A stretch of DNA of 64,000 bases, from positions 32,001-96,000 of IMG/VR virus record IMGVR_UViG_3300032516_002690, one strand, 5' to 3'. Shown piece by piece: positions 16,962-26,269 of this stretch; position 1 is the first letter of the stretch, and every line of letters begins with the position of its first letter. The notes under the pieces were generated by a model, which saw only the letters and a list, made by a program, of their open reading frames with translations, ran no database searches and was not told the origin of the DNA. The DNA comes from a virus. Both the position numbers and the translations under genes were made by a program.

Positions 16962-17946
16962 TGGTGACGTAATCACGCAGTGAAGATTTCACATCAAGCG
17001 GCAGAGTCTCGAACACTTGCTTGAAGGACATAGGATCACCGGATTGCGCAACTTGCGCCAGCTCGGGTGCGTCTACCTGCTGCCATACTTCCTCGGGCAG
17101 CTGCATCAGCGCTGAGCAAGGCACTTGCACGCCGGCCACGTCGCACATATCTTCTGCTATCTTTTCCGTGTTGAACACGGTCTGCAGCGGGTCGGGAATC
17201 TTACGGTCGTAAAACTTCGTAAGTCCTGCGGTCTTATCGAGCTCTGCAATGACCACCGCAAGTTTTACCAGGTCACGACGATTGGTAATTACATTCGGCA
17301 TCTTGTGCGTAGCGTTGGCGAGCTTTTCGAAAGCTACTTTGTGCGTAGGTTCCGTAGTGGCATCTGCTCGCGCTTCAAGCCAATCACGGATCAACGCAGG
17401 ATTACTCACCGTAGCGCCGGCCATTTTCAACGAAAATGGCCGGAGAGTTACGTTATGTTTTTTTGCGGCTTCATATAACCGACTAAATGCATCAGCTCGC
17501 TTTTCGAGCGTAATCAAATCGTAATCACGGTGTAGTACTTCTTCAGCTACCTTGATTTGTGCAGCACTGTCTAAGGGCAGACGCCTGCTCTCGGGCAACG
17601 CGTATGTAGTCTCTACCGCACTCGCGCATTTCATAGGCGAGAAGACTGACTCCTCGATACTGTACACGGTGCGCGCTGTTTCCAGCTTAGCGTCCACGTG
17701 CCTAGGTACAAAAGATCCGACCTTACTGCGGTAAAAGATACTAGCAATACAATCCTCACGTGTATGTATTGGGAAGCGTCTTTCGTCTTCCCACGCGAAA
17801 GCAGTGCTCGGCAAATTGTCGGACGCGACTTTCGCGGTATCAAATGACGCTGTTTTTAGCATTTCGCGAGCAAGGGGGAAATCACGCGTAAGCACATGCA
17901 AGTGTGCGTAGACCGGATCACCATTGTACTGGTCGATAATCGTCAT
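16954..17946 (-). CDS. hypothetical head-associated protein rich in K-x-A motifs
   Basis: 330 aa with an internal duplicated motif (FAWEDERRFPI / YALPESRRLPL); 11 of 20 Lys are in K-x-A. Confidence 0.75.
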   Translation of the reverse strand: MTIIDQYNGDPVYAHLHVLTRDFPLAREMLKTASFDTAKVASDNLPSTAFAWEDERRFPIHTREDCIASIFYRSKVGSFVPRHVDAKLETARTVYSIEESVFSPMKCASAVETTYALPESRRLPLDSAAQIKVAEEVLHRDYDLITLEKRADAFSRLYEAAKKHNVTLRPFSLKMAGATVSNPALIRDWLEARADATTEPTHKVAFEKLANATHKMPNVITNRRDLVKLAVVIAELDKTAGLTKFYDRKIPDPLQTVFNTEKIAEDMCDVAGVQVPCSALMQLPEEVWQQVDAPELAQVAQSGDPMSFKQVFETLPLDVKSSLRDYVTNG

Positions 17947-17952
17947 GGCTGG

Positions 17953-17961
17953 ATTATAGCA
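17953..17961 (-). promoter_or_regulatory. extended -10 promoter TGCTATAAT, 6 nt before ATG 17946 (leaderless mRNA candidate)
   Basis: The - strand reads TGCTATAAT-ccagcc-ATG; there is no SD and no recognisable -35. Confidence 0.6.
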
Positions 17962-17972
17962 GGAGGCGCGGG

Positions 17973-19718
17973 ATGGGAACAGGTGTAGAAAATGCTATGT
18001 TACATAAAAAACTGACCGTAGATGAGGCCATAGCTAAAGGACGTGACACCGTAGCGGATGCACTCACGTACTTGACGAGTAACCAAGTCAAGAATTTCTA
18101 CGCACGTGTCATCAATTTGATGGACCGCTACGCTATTCCCGGCATGGGTACCATGGGTGTCAGCGTACAGCGTGGACGCTATATATTTATCTACGATCCG
18201 ATTTTCGCAGCTACGGTGTCCTACGAGGAAGTCTGCGCGACTTGTGAGCACGAGGTTCTGCACTTAGTGCTGGAGCAGATTCCTAGGTCTCTGACGCTGC
18301 GTAAGATTTTCGCCTCAGACGATGACGTAGCGTTGTTTGACATCACCAGTAATCTGGCAGTCGATCTAGCTGCGAATGAGCTGCTAGCCCGCTCGTGGCC
18401 CAAGATAAAACACAAAGACAAGCCGCTTGGTGAGTGGGTCACGCCTGATAAGTATGACCCGCCGTTACCCGCTGACTTGTCCTACGAGAATTATCATCGA
18501 TTACTCATGGAACTCTTGAGTAAGCGTCTTACTGCCTCGCCAAAGCAGTTGTATAAACTGGCGAAACAGATACTAAAAGACAAAAACGATAAAGTACAAA
18601 GCACCATCAATAAACCGAATGAAGCAGATCCGTCGAAAGATGATGAGCAGGGCGGCGGTGAAGGCGAGAGTGACAAGCCAGGGCCGGAAGACGGTGAGGG
18701 CGAAGGTCAAGGCGACGGGCCCGGCGAAGGCCAAGATGGATCTGGGCAAGGGTCCGGGGACGGGCAGGGTTCGCCGCAAGGTTCGGGCAAGGGCCAAGGA
18801 CAGAGCCAAGCGCCAGAACCAAACATGACCCCCGAGGAACTCGCGAAAGAAATCGGTGACCTCGACCCGGTAGACCATAAAATACTGGAAATGCTAGTCA
18901 ACTCCATGAAAAGTCATATGGGGTGGAATGCGGCAAATCCCGATGAGAGCGATACGCATAAGGCGCAGGAACACGGCAAAGAACTAATTAAGTCTGCTAT
19001 TTCGGGTATGGACCAGAAGTCCCGCGGGACTATTCCGGGACATATGATGGAACTTATCCGTAGGATGCTGACACCGCCGTCTATTTCGTGGACGGAGTTC
19101 TTGCATAATATCGTCCAGCGTACGCGGCAAACAAAGCGTATGCGTGGCATGTCCCGCCCGTCTAAGAAACTCTCTGCTCTGAAGATATACGCGCGAAAGA
19201 AGCTCGAAGAAGACAAAGACGAACGCTTTTTACGCTACGCCAAGATCAGACAGATGTCTGTATTTCCAGGCATTAAACAAGACAATAAATTCACGATTGT
19301 ATACGCTGTGGATACCTCGGGTTCCATGAGCACTAAAGATCTGCAGTTAGGTTTAGCAGAGCTGCAGCACATACAGAAATCAGATTCAGACGTGTCCATC
19401 TGCGTGATTTACGCAGATACGCATATCTGTACTGAGTATTGGATTGACGCAACTGCCCAGATTGATCCTAATCTGACTGGACGGGGTGGCACAGACTTCG
19501 AGGCTGTGTTTGTTCACGTACAGAAATTACTCGGTAACCAAGACAAAGCGCCTGACGTGCTGGTGTACTGCACCGACGGTTACGCTCCACCGCCTACTAC
19601 GCGCTTGCCCCTGCCTACCGTATGGTTGCTCACCCCGAGGGGACAGCCTGTGATGGCTGATAGTGGACACATCACGATCATGATGAAGGACTATCAACTA
19701 GAGGATTCGTATGTCTAA
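17973..19718 (+). CDS. metallopeptidase (HExxH) plus VWA-domain protein (DUF2201-like), MoxR partner
   Basis: HEVLH; a Gly/Glu/Gln low-complexity linker; VWA MIDAS DTSGSM, GGTDF, TDG. AGGAGG SD at 17961-66. Confidence 0.88.
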   Translation: MGTGVENAMLHKKLTVDEAIAKGRDTVADALTYLTSNQVKNFYARVINLMDRYAIPGMGTMGVSVQRGRYIFIYDPIFAATVSYEEVCATCEHEVLHLVLEQIPRSLTLRKIFASDDDVALFDITSNLAVDLAANELLARSWPKIKHKDKPLGEWVTPDKYDPPLPADLSYENYHRLLMELLSKRLTASPKQLYKLAKQILKDKNDKVQSTINKPNEADPSKDDEQGGGEGESDKPGPEDGEGEGQGDGPGEGQDGSGQGSGDGQGSPQGSGKGQGQSQAPEPNMTPEELAKEIGDLDPVDHKILEMLVNSMKSHMGWNAANPDESDTHKAQEHGKELIKSAISGMDQKSRGTIPGHMMELIRRMLTPPSISWTEFLHNIVQRTRQTKRMRGMSRPSKKLSALKIYARKKLEEDKDERFLRYAKIRQMSVFPGIKQDNKFTIVYAVDTSGSMSTKDLQLGLAELQHIQKSDSDVSICVIYADTHICTEYWIDATAQIDPNLTGRGGTDFEAVFVHVQKLLGNQDKAPDVLVYCTDGYAPPPTTRLPLPTVWLLTPRGQPVMADSGHITIMMKDYQLEDSYV

Positions 19719-20364
19719 TGTCATAGACATTCACATTCAGCGCAACGTTGTCGGTACCGTAATACCCTTCGACAAGTTGTATCTCTTCGATAGGGCGGAT
19801 CGAGAGCTGATACCGAAGATATTCGGGTACGCAATCGTCTTGCCGTTTTCGGATGACATGCGCGATACACTCTACAAACTAAAGGTCGCGGAAGTAACGC
19901 ATAAGCGTTTCCAACGGGATGACTCATCTAAAAAGATAGAGCCGCTGCTGGATGGCGAGAGCTTAGACAAGAAACCTAGCATTCTTGCCTGGTGGGAAGC
20001 TTTTGCTGTACAGCATGATTTACTAAATCGCGTAGCTGTGGTGCCTGTATTGACTTCAGTTGCACGCAAGAAAATACGACCGCGTTACATCGCGTCGCAC
20101 AAATGGTTTACGGACCAACAAAAGAATGCCAAGCGTACGCGTCCTTTACCTGTGGTTCCTGCGGTCAGCGAAATGGGATATCTCGCAACACCCCTCGCTG
20201 CGCCACAGGATAAAATCCGTCCTATTTGTTCTATATGCCCGCGAATGCTTATGCACCTTCAGGGTGAGTGCGTACCGGGGCAAGCTGTTTGCTATAAATC
20301 GCTAGACTTTTCTGAGATCGAGGAAACGCCAGCAGATGTCAGCTTACAGCAAGACAACGATTAA
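19711..20364 (+). CDS. hypothetical protein with C-terminal Cys cluster, upstream of RT
   Basis: Overlaps the VWA gene (8 nt) and the RT (29 nt); contains CSICPR...C...C. Confidence 0.75.
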   Translation: MSNVIDIHIQRNVVGTVIPFDKLYLFDRADRELIPKIFGYAIVLPFSDDMRDTLYKLKVAEVTHKRFQRDDSSKKIEPLLDGESLDKKPSILAWWEAFAVQHDLLNRVAVVPVLTSVARKKIRPRYIASHKWFTDQQKNAKRTRPLPVVPAVSEMGYLATPLAAPQDKIRPICSICPRMLMHLQGECVPGQAVCYKSLDFSEIEETPADVSLQQDND

Positions 20365-21385
20365 CATCATCGAGCTGCCGCATGTGTCTAAAATACCGGA
20401 GGGGGTCCCTCCGGTGTTCGATACCATGTCGTTGGCGCATTCGTTGGGTATTCGAAACCGTACGCTGATGGGGCTCATCGTACGCCGGGCGAAGCTGTAC
20501 AAGAAGTTTGTTATACCGAAGAAGTCGGGCGGTAAGCGAGTTATCCACTCACCTGATCCGAAACTCAAATATGTACAGGCGCGTGTGCTCGAACGCTTCT
20601 TTACCAAGATAAAGTATCCAGAGCATATTGCTGCGTACGTGCCAGAACGTACTACGCGTTATAGTGCTGAAAAGCACGCGGGAAAGCCTTTGCTAATCGT
20701 TATCGATTTAAAGGACTTTTTCCCAAGTACTCGGCGTGCATGGATTCGACGCGCCCTACAAGCGGAGTTCAATCTACCTTTTGAGGTAGTGAGCGCTATT
20801 GCAGATATTGCTACTATTCCTGTCGATACGCTGACAGGCACACGTTACGTAGTTCCCCAAGGGGCGCCAACCAGCGGTGCTATTTGCAATTGGGTAGCTC
20901 ACCATCGTATCGATAAGCCTGTGCTCGAAGAGTGCGCTAAGTGGAATATGGCATATACCCGATATGCTGATGACCTAGCTTTTTCATCGAACGTACAATT
21001 AACACGCGACGACACCAACAAGTTTATTCGCGCAATCTGTAAGATCATAAAGAAGTCGGGCTACGAAGTTAATCGTAAGAAGCTCCGTGTAACACGTCCA
21101 GGACGACAGCAGCGTTTGTTGGGTATGACGATCAACGCAAAGCCCAATATTATTCGTCTACATTACCGTAAATTACGCGCACGTATTCACAACTGCAAGA
21201 TAAAGGGCTTTGACGCTGTAGCTCACGAAATGCGCATGGAGTCTGGCGAGCAGCTAAAGTCGCAAATCATGGGTAAAATTTCATACTACCACATGATCAA
21301 CCCCGTGAAGGCTGCGAAGCTCAAGCAGCAATTCCAAGCAGCTGAAGGGCTTCCGCAACATGGCACGCTACTACACACTGTGTGA
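20336..21385 (+). CDS. reverse transcriptase, retron-type
   Basis: YKKFVIPKKSGGKRVIHSP..LKYVQ, DLKDFFPS, PQGAPTS, YTRYADDLAFS. Region X is SAEKH (NAxxH variant) and region Y is RLLGMTIN (VTG variant). 349 aa with no maturase or endonuclease domain. Confidence 0.92.
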   Translation: MSAYSKTTINIIELPHVSKIPEGVPPVFDTMSLAHSLGIRNRTLMGLIVRRAKLYKKFVIPKKSGGKRVIHSPDPKLKYVQARVLERFFTKIKYPEHIAAYVPERTTRYSAEKHAGKPLLIVIDLKDFFPSTRRAWIRRALQAEFNLPFEVVSAIADIATIPVDTLTGTRYVVPQGAPTSGAICNWVAHHRIDKPVLEECAKWNMAYTRYADDLAFSSNVQLTRDDTNKFIRAICKIIKKSGYEVNRKKLRVTRPGRQQRLLGMTINAKPNIIRLHYRKLRARIHNCKIKGFDAVAHEMRMESGEQLKSQIMGKISYYHMINPVKAAKLKQQFQAAEGLPQHGTLLHTV

Positions 21386-22817
21386 AACGACTCCTGGTAA
21401 GGAAGCCGGCAAGTCAGGCGGTCAACGTCGATACTTACGTGTGTACTATGCGTCGGAAGGCTTCCTCTTCCACGATACAGAAGATTCGCTGACGTTTACA
21501 GATATACAAAAAGCGCTCTGGATGTTGTCAGACCTTTACGAGGATGCGCAACGTGTCATAGCTATTTGCGTCGATGATAACACTATCATGGCGACATTCA
21601 GTACGTACGCACTACCTAGACCAACACGCCCCGGATTCAATCTCTACAGCAGCGTAAAGCCGGACGAGTACTTAGAAAGTAGCGGGTTAGCCGGTTGGTT
21701 GTTACGTGACATAAAAAACCCCGCGTCTGAGCCGATTCCCGTAGACTATAACGATCTGTACAATGATTGCATTATGCTTGAACGCGTTACGGATAATTGC
21801 CCGTGCGTAAAACAAGCCGAAGGTACGTGTTTTCCGAGTACAGTATACCTGCGATATCCGTGGTTAGCCGCTAACACTACGAATTACAGCGCTACAGAAG
21901 TAAGTAAGTTCCATACTAAACGCTATGAAAACGTAGGGGGTTTCGAATACATATCAGGGCAGCTCGCAACCAGCGCAGACTTTAGCGAGGCGATACGCCC
22001 TTGGGATAACTACGACTTCCGTTTGGTACCAAAACGTGAAACGCAATTCGCCGAACGCGGGCAGGAACTATCGCATCGTTCCACCCACCGCAAGGTTGAA
22101 TGCTCGCAATGCACGTTTGCCACCAAGAAACACGGTGGCGGTTACGAAGACTGTGGTCGCATTAAAGACTGTCGTACACATACAACCGAAGAACAAGCGT
22201 GGGTTACGCTTTTCGATTGGTTGAAAACAGATACCGATTTTGTTACAGGAACGCCTGGGTTTTCGCCGGGCGAAATAAATTACCTGATCAAAGAAGCGGG
22301 GCGTGCAGAGCACAGTAAATCGATTAGCGATACTCGAAAGGTACCGACTTACCTAGCGGGCTTTCATTCCGGCTACTCGACCGAATACATGCAATACATG
22401 GTGACTGCAGCCCGCGGACATTTGTCACGGCACAAGTACTACGTCAGCTACAAAGACCTTCGGATGGATTATCCGATGTTACTTGCAAGTGCAGATATAC
22501 CACCAATAACCGTCGAACCAAAGATGCTACTGGCGCACGCTATTTACTCAGGGTGGCCGTATATCCGCGGCGAATCGGGCGGTTGGGGTCACCGCAATCA
22601 TCCCTTTTGGCGGATGGAATTGCAGCACGGTACGATGTCAACGTATGGCCATACCTCGAATGGGTATTTCCACGGCCCGTCGTTAAGCGTGGCTTCGCAT
22701 GTATCTGATTACATACAGGCGAAGTGGCCCGGACAGCAAAACGATATATGCAACAAATACATAAGCGCCGTTAGGCGCCAGGCACAAAGTCAGGGCACAC
22801 TGCCAATACTAGCGTGA
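21360..22817 (+). CDS. hypothetical Cys-rich protein downstream of RT
   Basis: 485 aa; overlaps the RT by 26 nt; contains CPC..C and CSQC...C...C clusters. Confidence 0.75.
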   Translation: MARYYTLCETTPGKEAGKSGGQRRYLRVYYASEGFLFHDTEDSLTFTDIQKALWMLSDLYEDAQRVIAICVDDNTIMATFSTYALPRPTRPGFNLYSSVKPDEYLESSGLAGWLLRDIKNPASEPIPVDYNDLYNDCIMLERVTDNCPCVKQAEGTCFPSTVYLRYPWLAANTTNYSATEVSKFHTKRYENVGGFEYISGQLATSADFSEAIRPWDNYDFRLVPKRETQFAERGQELSHRSTHRKVECSQCTFATKKHGGGYEDCGRIKDCRTHTTEEQAWVTLFDWLKTDTDFVTGTPGFSPGEINYLIKEAGRAEHSKSISDTRKVPTYLAGFHSGYSTEYMQYMVTAARGHLSRHKYYVSYKDLRMDYPMLLASADIPPITVEPKMLLAHAIYSGWPYIRGESGGWGHRNHPFWRMELQHGTMSTYGHTSNGYFHGPSLSVASHVSDYIQAKWPGQQNDICNKYISAVRRQAQSQGTLPILA

Positions 22818-23757
22818 GCGCCGCAGCTCGCGCAGCTTGTGCCTGCGTAACTGCCGCCTGAAGAGAAGCATCTTCAGCGCGGCAATTATTTAGGTCAACG
22901 AATAGCGCATTCTTCGCCTGTGTTAGCGTAGTTACGCGTAGTTGCAAAGTTGTTACCATTGTACTGATGGTGCCGGACGATAGCGTAGCGAGGGCCGTAT
23001 TCTGTACGTTGAACTGCGCTAAGTATGCATCATTGGATGTGAAATAAACTTCTAGCGCGTCCTTTTCAGCATCTGTAGCAGAAGTTATCTGATTCAACGC
23101 GCGGGCATTGCTGTTGTTGGCGTTGAGGGTACCGTAAACAGTGGTGTAAATACTGTTCGCGGTTGAAATACCCGCTTGAACAGTTAGTGCGTTTGTGAGA
23201 TCTGATTGAGCCAGCTGTAGGCTTGTCTCGGTCGTAGCAATATTTGTTTCAATAGATGTGCAGCTATGCGCGTCGCGTGCAGTAGTAGCTGTAGCTAGTG
23301 CCGTGTTAGTTGCGTAAAACGCGTCTTTGAGACCTTGTTTTGCGGACTCGTCGACCGTCGGATAGATGATAATATCACCTCCTTCGAAAGTCTCGTACTC
23401 CGTCAAAAACGCGTCGTAGTTTGCAGTCAGCGCATTAATGCGACTGGACAGTTCTTTCCAAGCCGCGTTGGCCGTTTCAATATCGTCGTACGTGAGCGTC
23501 GTACTACTCGCACGCCAGAGTTCATCGCTATTTACAATCGCGGTGTCCCGATTCGTGACATAGGTCAGCGAATCCGCGATCTCCACAACACGATTAAATG
23601 TGTCATCTTTTGGATCATCTGGCGTGACTATATTCAGCAAAAATATAGCGGTATCCTGCAGGGTGCCTGCGACAGTACACGTCGTTTTAATCGTATATTG
23701 TGCTGTGCCGGATACGACAACAGCTTTGCGTTCCATGACTACTTGCGTACCCGACAT
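22771..23757 (-). CDS. hypothetical Thr/Ala-rich coiled-coil protein (probably virion)
   Basis: 328-aa ORF with a heptad-like C-terminal half; 47-nt convergent overlap with 21360-22817. Confidence 0.7.
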   Translation of the reverse strand: MSGTQVVMERKAVVVSGTAQYTIKTTCTVAGTLQDTAIFLLNIVTPDDPKDDTFNRVVEIADSLTYVTNRDTAIVNSDELWRASSTTLTYDDIETANAAWKELSSRINALTANYDAFLTEYETFEGGDIIIYPTVDESAKQGLKDAFYATNTALATATTARDAHSCTSIETNIATTETSLQLAQSDLTNALTVQAGISTANSIYTTVYGTLNANNSNARALNQITSATDAEKDALEVYFTSNDAYLAQFNVQNTALATLSSGTISTMVTTLQLRVTTLTQAKNALFVDLNNCRAEDASLQAAVTQAQAARAAALTLVLAVCPDFVPGA

Positions 23758-23788
23758 GATTTACTCGCGGTGATTATTGTACGTGTAC

Positions 23789-24605
23789 TTAGACTAGTAG
23801 TTTTGTCTTAACAGGCAGCTCGATATCATCGGAGTCCTGCATCAGTACGTCTACCACTTCCGGCGTCCACTTCAATTGCACGCCTTTGTGATCGCTATGC
23901 TCAGCTTGATACGCCACGGCACCTGCATAGGCTTTCCCGTCCTCGGTAGGCTCCCACTTCTTGCCGGCCTTTTTTCTGCAGTCCGCGGGATTCAAGCATT
24001 TTGTTTACTAGAGCCGGTTTGACGCCGCCTAGCTTCTGCCCGATCTCTGTTGGGGTTAGAGATGGCGCCTTGTCCCAGTCGACGGATATTAAGTTGCGCA
24101 TCTCTTCGTGTCCGACCTTAGGCATCAGGCCGCAAGCAGCGAGTGCGCGCATGGTGCACGCAGCTGCCATTTCCGGGCGCGTGGTCGGAATGATTTTAAG
24201 GATGAAAGCGGCGGTCTCTAAGATTGTCGCCCGCACTTCAGCGTCTTTGCTCAGCATCATCGGCTGCGGCGCAGGTTCGCGCGAATAACTGCCGGTCTTG
24301 CGGATGGACGGCAGGACTTCACCGGCTAACCATTCTTGGAATGGGAACGCTTTGGGTTTGTCACTACGCATGACGTAGAAGTTTAGACCTGACTCAGATA
24401 GAGCAACTATTGACTGATTCCCGCCGGGGGTGATAACGGATCTCTCCCCTTTCCAACGCGCGGGTACATGTTCGACCGCTGTGCTACACCACACGCTGCC
24501 AAGTGCGGCTACGACATCCTTAGCCACAAACCAAGGCTCTCCCTTCTCATCCATCGAAACTCGAACCTGCGTACCTTCGAAATTGAACACCGTGATAGCT
24601 GACAT
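23789..24605 (-). pseudogene. BRO-N antirepressor-like gene split by a +1 frameshift at an A6 run (23970-23975)
   Basis: BRO-N motifs FNFEGTQVRV...PWFVAKDV...FQEWLAGEVLPSIRKTGSY. The C-terminal domain LTPTEIGQKLG..VNKMLESRGLQKK continues as AGKKWEPTEDGKAY...QLKW in the +1 frame (ORF 23789-23995). Confidence 0.7.
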
Positions 24606-24628
24606 TGCGATGATTTCCTTAACTGAAC

Positions 24629-25015
24629 TTACGGCGTAATATTAGAATCGACGGATACTATATCAGTACCCTCGAAGGCGTCTACTATAGATGCCCATGC
24701 AACCGCAAGTATTTTAAACCTATTACGCGTAATAATCTCAAAGCCGGTGGCGTCTTTAATGGTTGCAAAATTTAATTGCGCACCGCGGCCCCTGTAAAAG
24801 TCCAGACCCGCAGAGATAGCTGCAGTTTTACCCACAGGAAAGGATTCCAGGTCGTAGACGCTAGCTACGCGTGAGAATGTATCGTGCTCTGCATCGAATA
24901 CGAGCACGTCAAAATCAATGTTTACCGTGTCGATAATGTCTAGTTGAAAGCGGTACACGCTCTCAGACGGTATAGACCGAATAAATTGGCTTTTGATTTG
25001 TACGAGCGTACTCAT
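24629..25015 (-). CDS. hypothetical protein
   Basis: 128-aa ORF with ATGA coupling to the upstream gene. Confidence 0.7.
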   Translation of the reverse strand: MSTLVQIKSQFIRSIPSESVYRFQLDIIDTVNIDFDVLVFDAEHDTFSRVASVYDLESFPVGKTAAISAGLDFYRGRGAQLNFATIKDATGFEIITRNRFKILAVAWASIVDAFEGTDIVSVDSNITP

Positions 25016-25695
25016 ATCGACGAGCTCACGGTGACGGTTTCGCTTACCAGATTTGCGCCGGCTACTTCGTTAGTGAGAGACAACATGTCTGCTTTCGTGG
25101 CAATGACCGCGTTTTCGGCTGTAGCTACTTCGTCAAATACGCGGTTAAATCGCCGATCACGAAAGTTGCCAGCACCCGGCGCACCGTTGCGCAATGTCTT
25201 GCCAGCATATGCAGTCAAACTCAAACGTGATATTGTCCAGCTAAATCCATTGTAGAAAGCAGGAAAGGGCGCATACAACTCCAAGCGGTTTACGTTACCG
25301 CCCGGCGCAACTGTCTTGACTACAAACGTAAAGGGGTTTGTGCCGGGATATTCTGCAGAAGTCCAATAGGCAGGGTCCGTGATGCTAACGCCTATCAAGT
25401 CATCAACAAGCACGCCTGCAGTGCTAAAATTGACTGTCGTATCCTCCATGTAGTCAAGCGCGCGTGCAGTGATGCTGGTGAGTTGCGCGAGAGTTGACAC
25501 ACCTACGTAGGCTTCCGCGCCACCGCTGTAATTCCCTACAATAAAATATTGCATATTGTTGGGATGCGTAGGAAAGTACGTAGGCCCTGGTGTTGGGGGC
25601 ACCACACCGTCATCGCGATTTCTAGTGATGACCCTTATTTTACCGGCTGTTATAAGACGGTCTTTCTCGAAAACGGCGGATATGTACGCACTCAT
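25012..25695 (-). CDS. hypothetical protein (probably virion)
   Basis: ORF 25012-25764. ATG 25695 (MSAYIS) avoids overlap with ruvC and lies 6 nt after a TATAGT hexamer. Confidence 0.65.
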   Translation of the reverse strand: MSAYISAVFEKDRLITAGKIRVITRNRDDGVVPPTPGPTYFPTHPNNMQYFIVGNYSGGAEAYVGVSTLAQLTSITARALDYMEDTTVNFSTAGVLVDDLIGVSITDPAYWTSAEYPGTNPFTFVVKTVAPGGNVNRLELYAPFPAFYNGFSWTISRLSLTAYAGKTLRNGAPGAGNFRDRRFNRVFDEVATAENAVIATKADMLSLTNEVAGANLVSETVTVSSSI

Positions 25696-25701
25696 AGCAG
25701 T

Positions 25702-25709
25702 ACTATAGC
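25702..25709 (-). promoter_or_regulatory. -10-like element GCTATAGT, 6 nt before ATG 25695
   Basis: Same geometry as the 17953-17961 element (GCTATA[A/G]T-N6-ATG). Confidence 0.45.
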
Positions 25710-25711
25710 CT

Positions 25712-26269
25712 ATGTCCTTTGTAATAGGCATAGACCAATCGGTGCTACACACAGGTATCTGCATCCTGAACGAGGACGCATCTGTGAACTATCTGGGTTT
25801 AATAGAGCCTGACAAGCTCAAAAACCGAGATCGGTTGGCGTATATTCGCGATGAACTCAATGCTGTCCTAGGAGCTAGGCGGTTTGCTGTTGGTGTCATG
25901 GAGGGCTATTCGTACGGCAGTATGAATAAGAAGTTCCTGTTGGGTGAAGTAGGCTCAGTTGTAAAACTGGCCTTCCATGATCACTGCCTGCGTGCCTACG
26001 AAGTAGCACCCGCAGCACTAAAGAAGTTTGTGACGTCTAAGGGCAGCGCGTCCAAAGAAGACGTGATGGTTGCAGTTGAGAAGCAGTGGGGAGTCATGCT
26101 AAAGGATGACAACCTCGCTGACGCGTACGGCTTAGCCCGAATCGCCTACGAAATCGCAAAGCCCACCTCTACTAAGCGCCATCAATTAGACGTACTCAAA
26201 GGCTTGCTTAAAGAAGTGTCACGCAAAAAAGTACCTAGACGTAAGATCTTATTTAAAGATGCCATTTAA
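25712..26269 (+). CDS. ruvC: RuvC-like Holliday junction resolvase
   Basis: VIGIDQS...TG, VMEGYSYG, LKKFVTSKGSASKEDV and DDNLADAYGLA. Confidence 0.88.
   Translation: MSFVIGIDQSVLHTGICILNEDASVNYLGLIEPDKLKNRDRLAYIRDELNAVLGARRFAVGVMEGYSYGSMNKKFLLGEVGSVVKLAFHDHCLRAYEVAPAALKKFVTSKGSASKEDVMVAVEKQWGVMLKDDNLADAYGLARIAYEIAKPTSTKRHQLDVLKGLLKEVSRKKVPRRKILFKDAI

Noticed and set aside
18640-18830. Gly/Gln/Glu low-complexity stretch as a mobile or repeat element
   Set aside because: It is the in-frame disordered linker usual between the peptidase and VWA domains of this family.
20336-21385. Group II intron
   Set aside because: No maturase or endonuclease domain, flanks are fully coding, and no domain V/VI-like sequence follows the stop.
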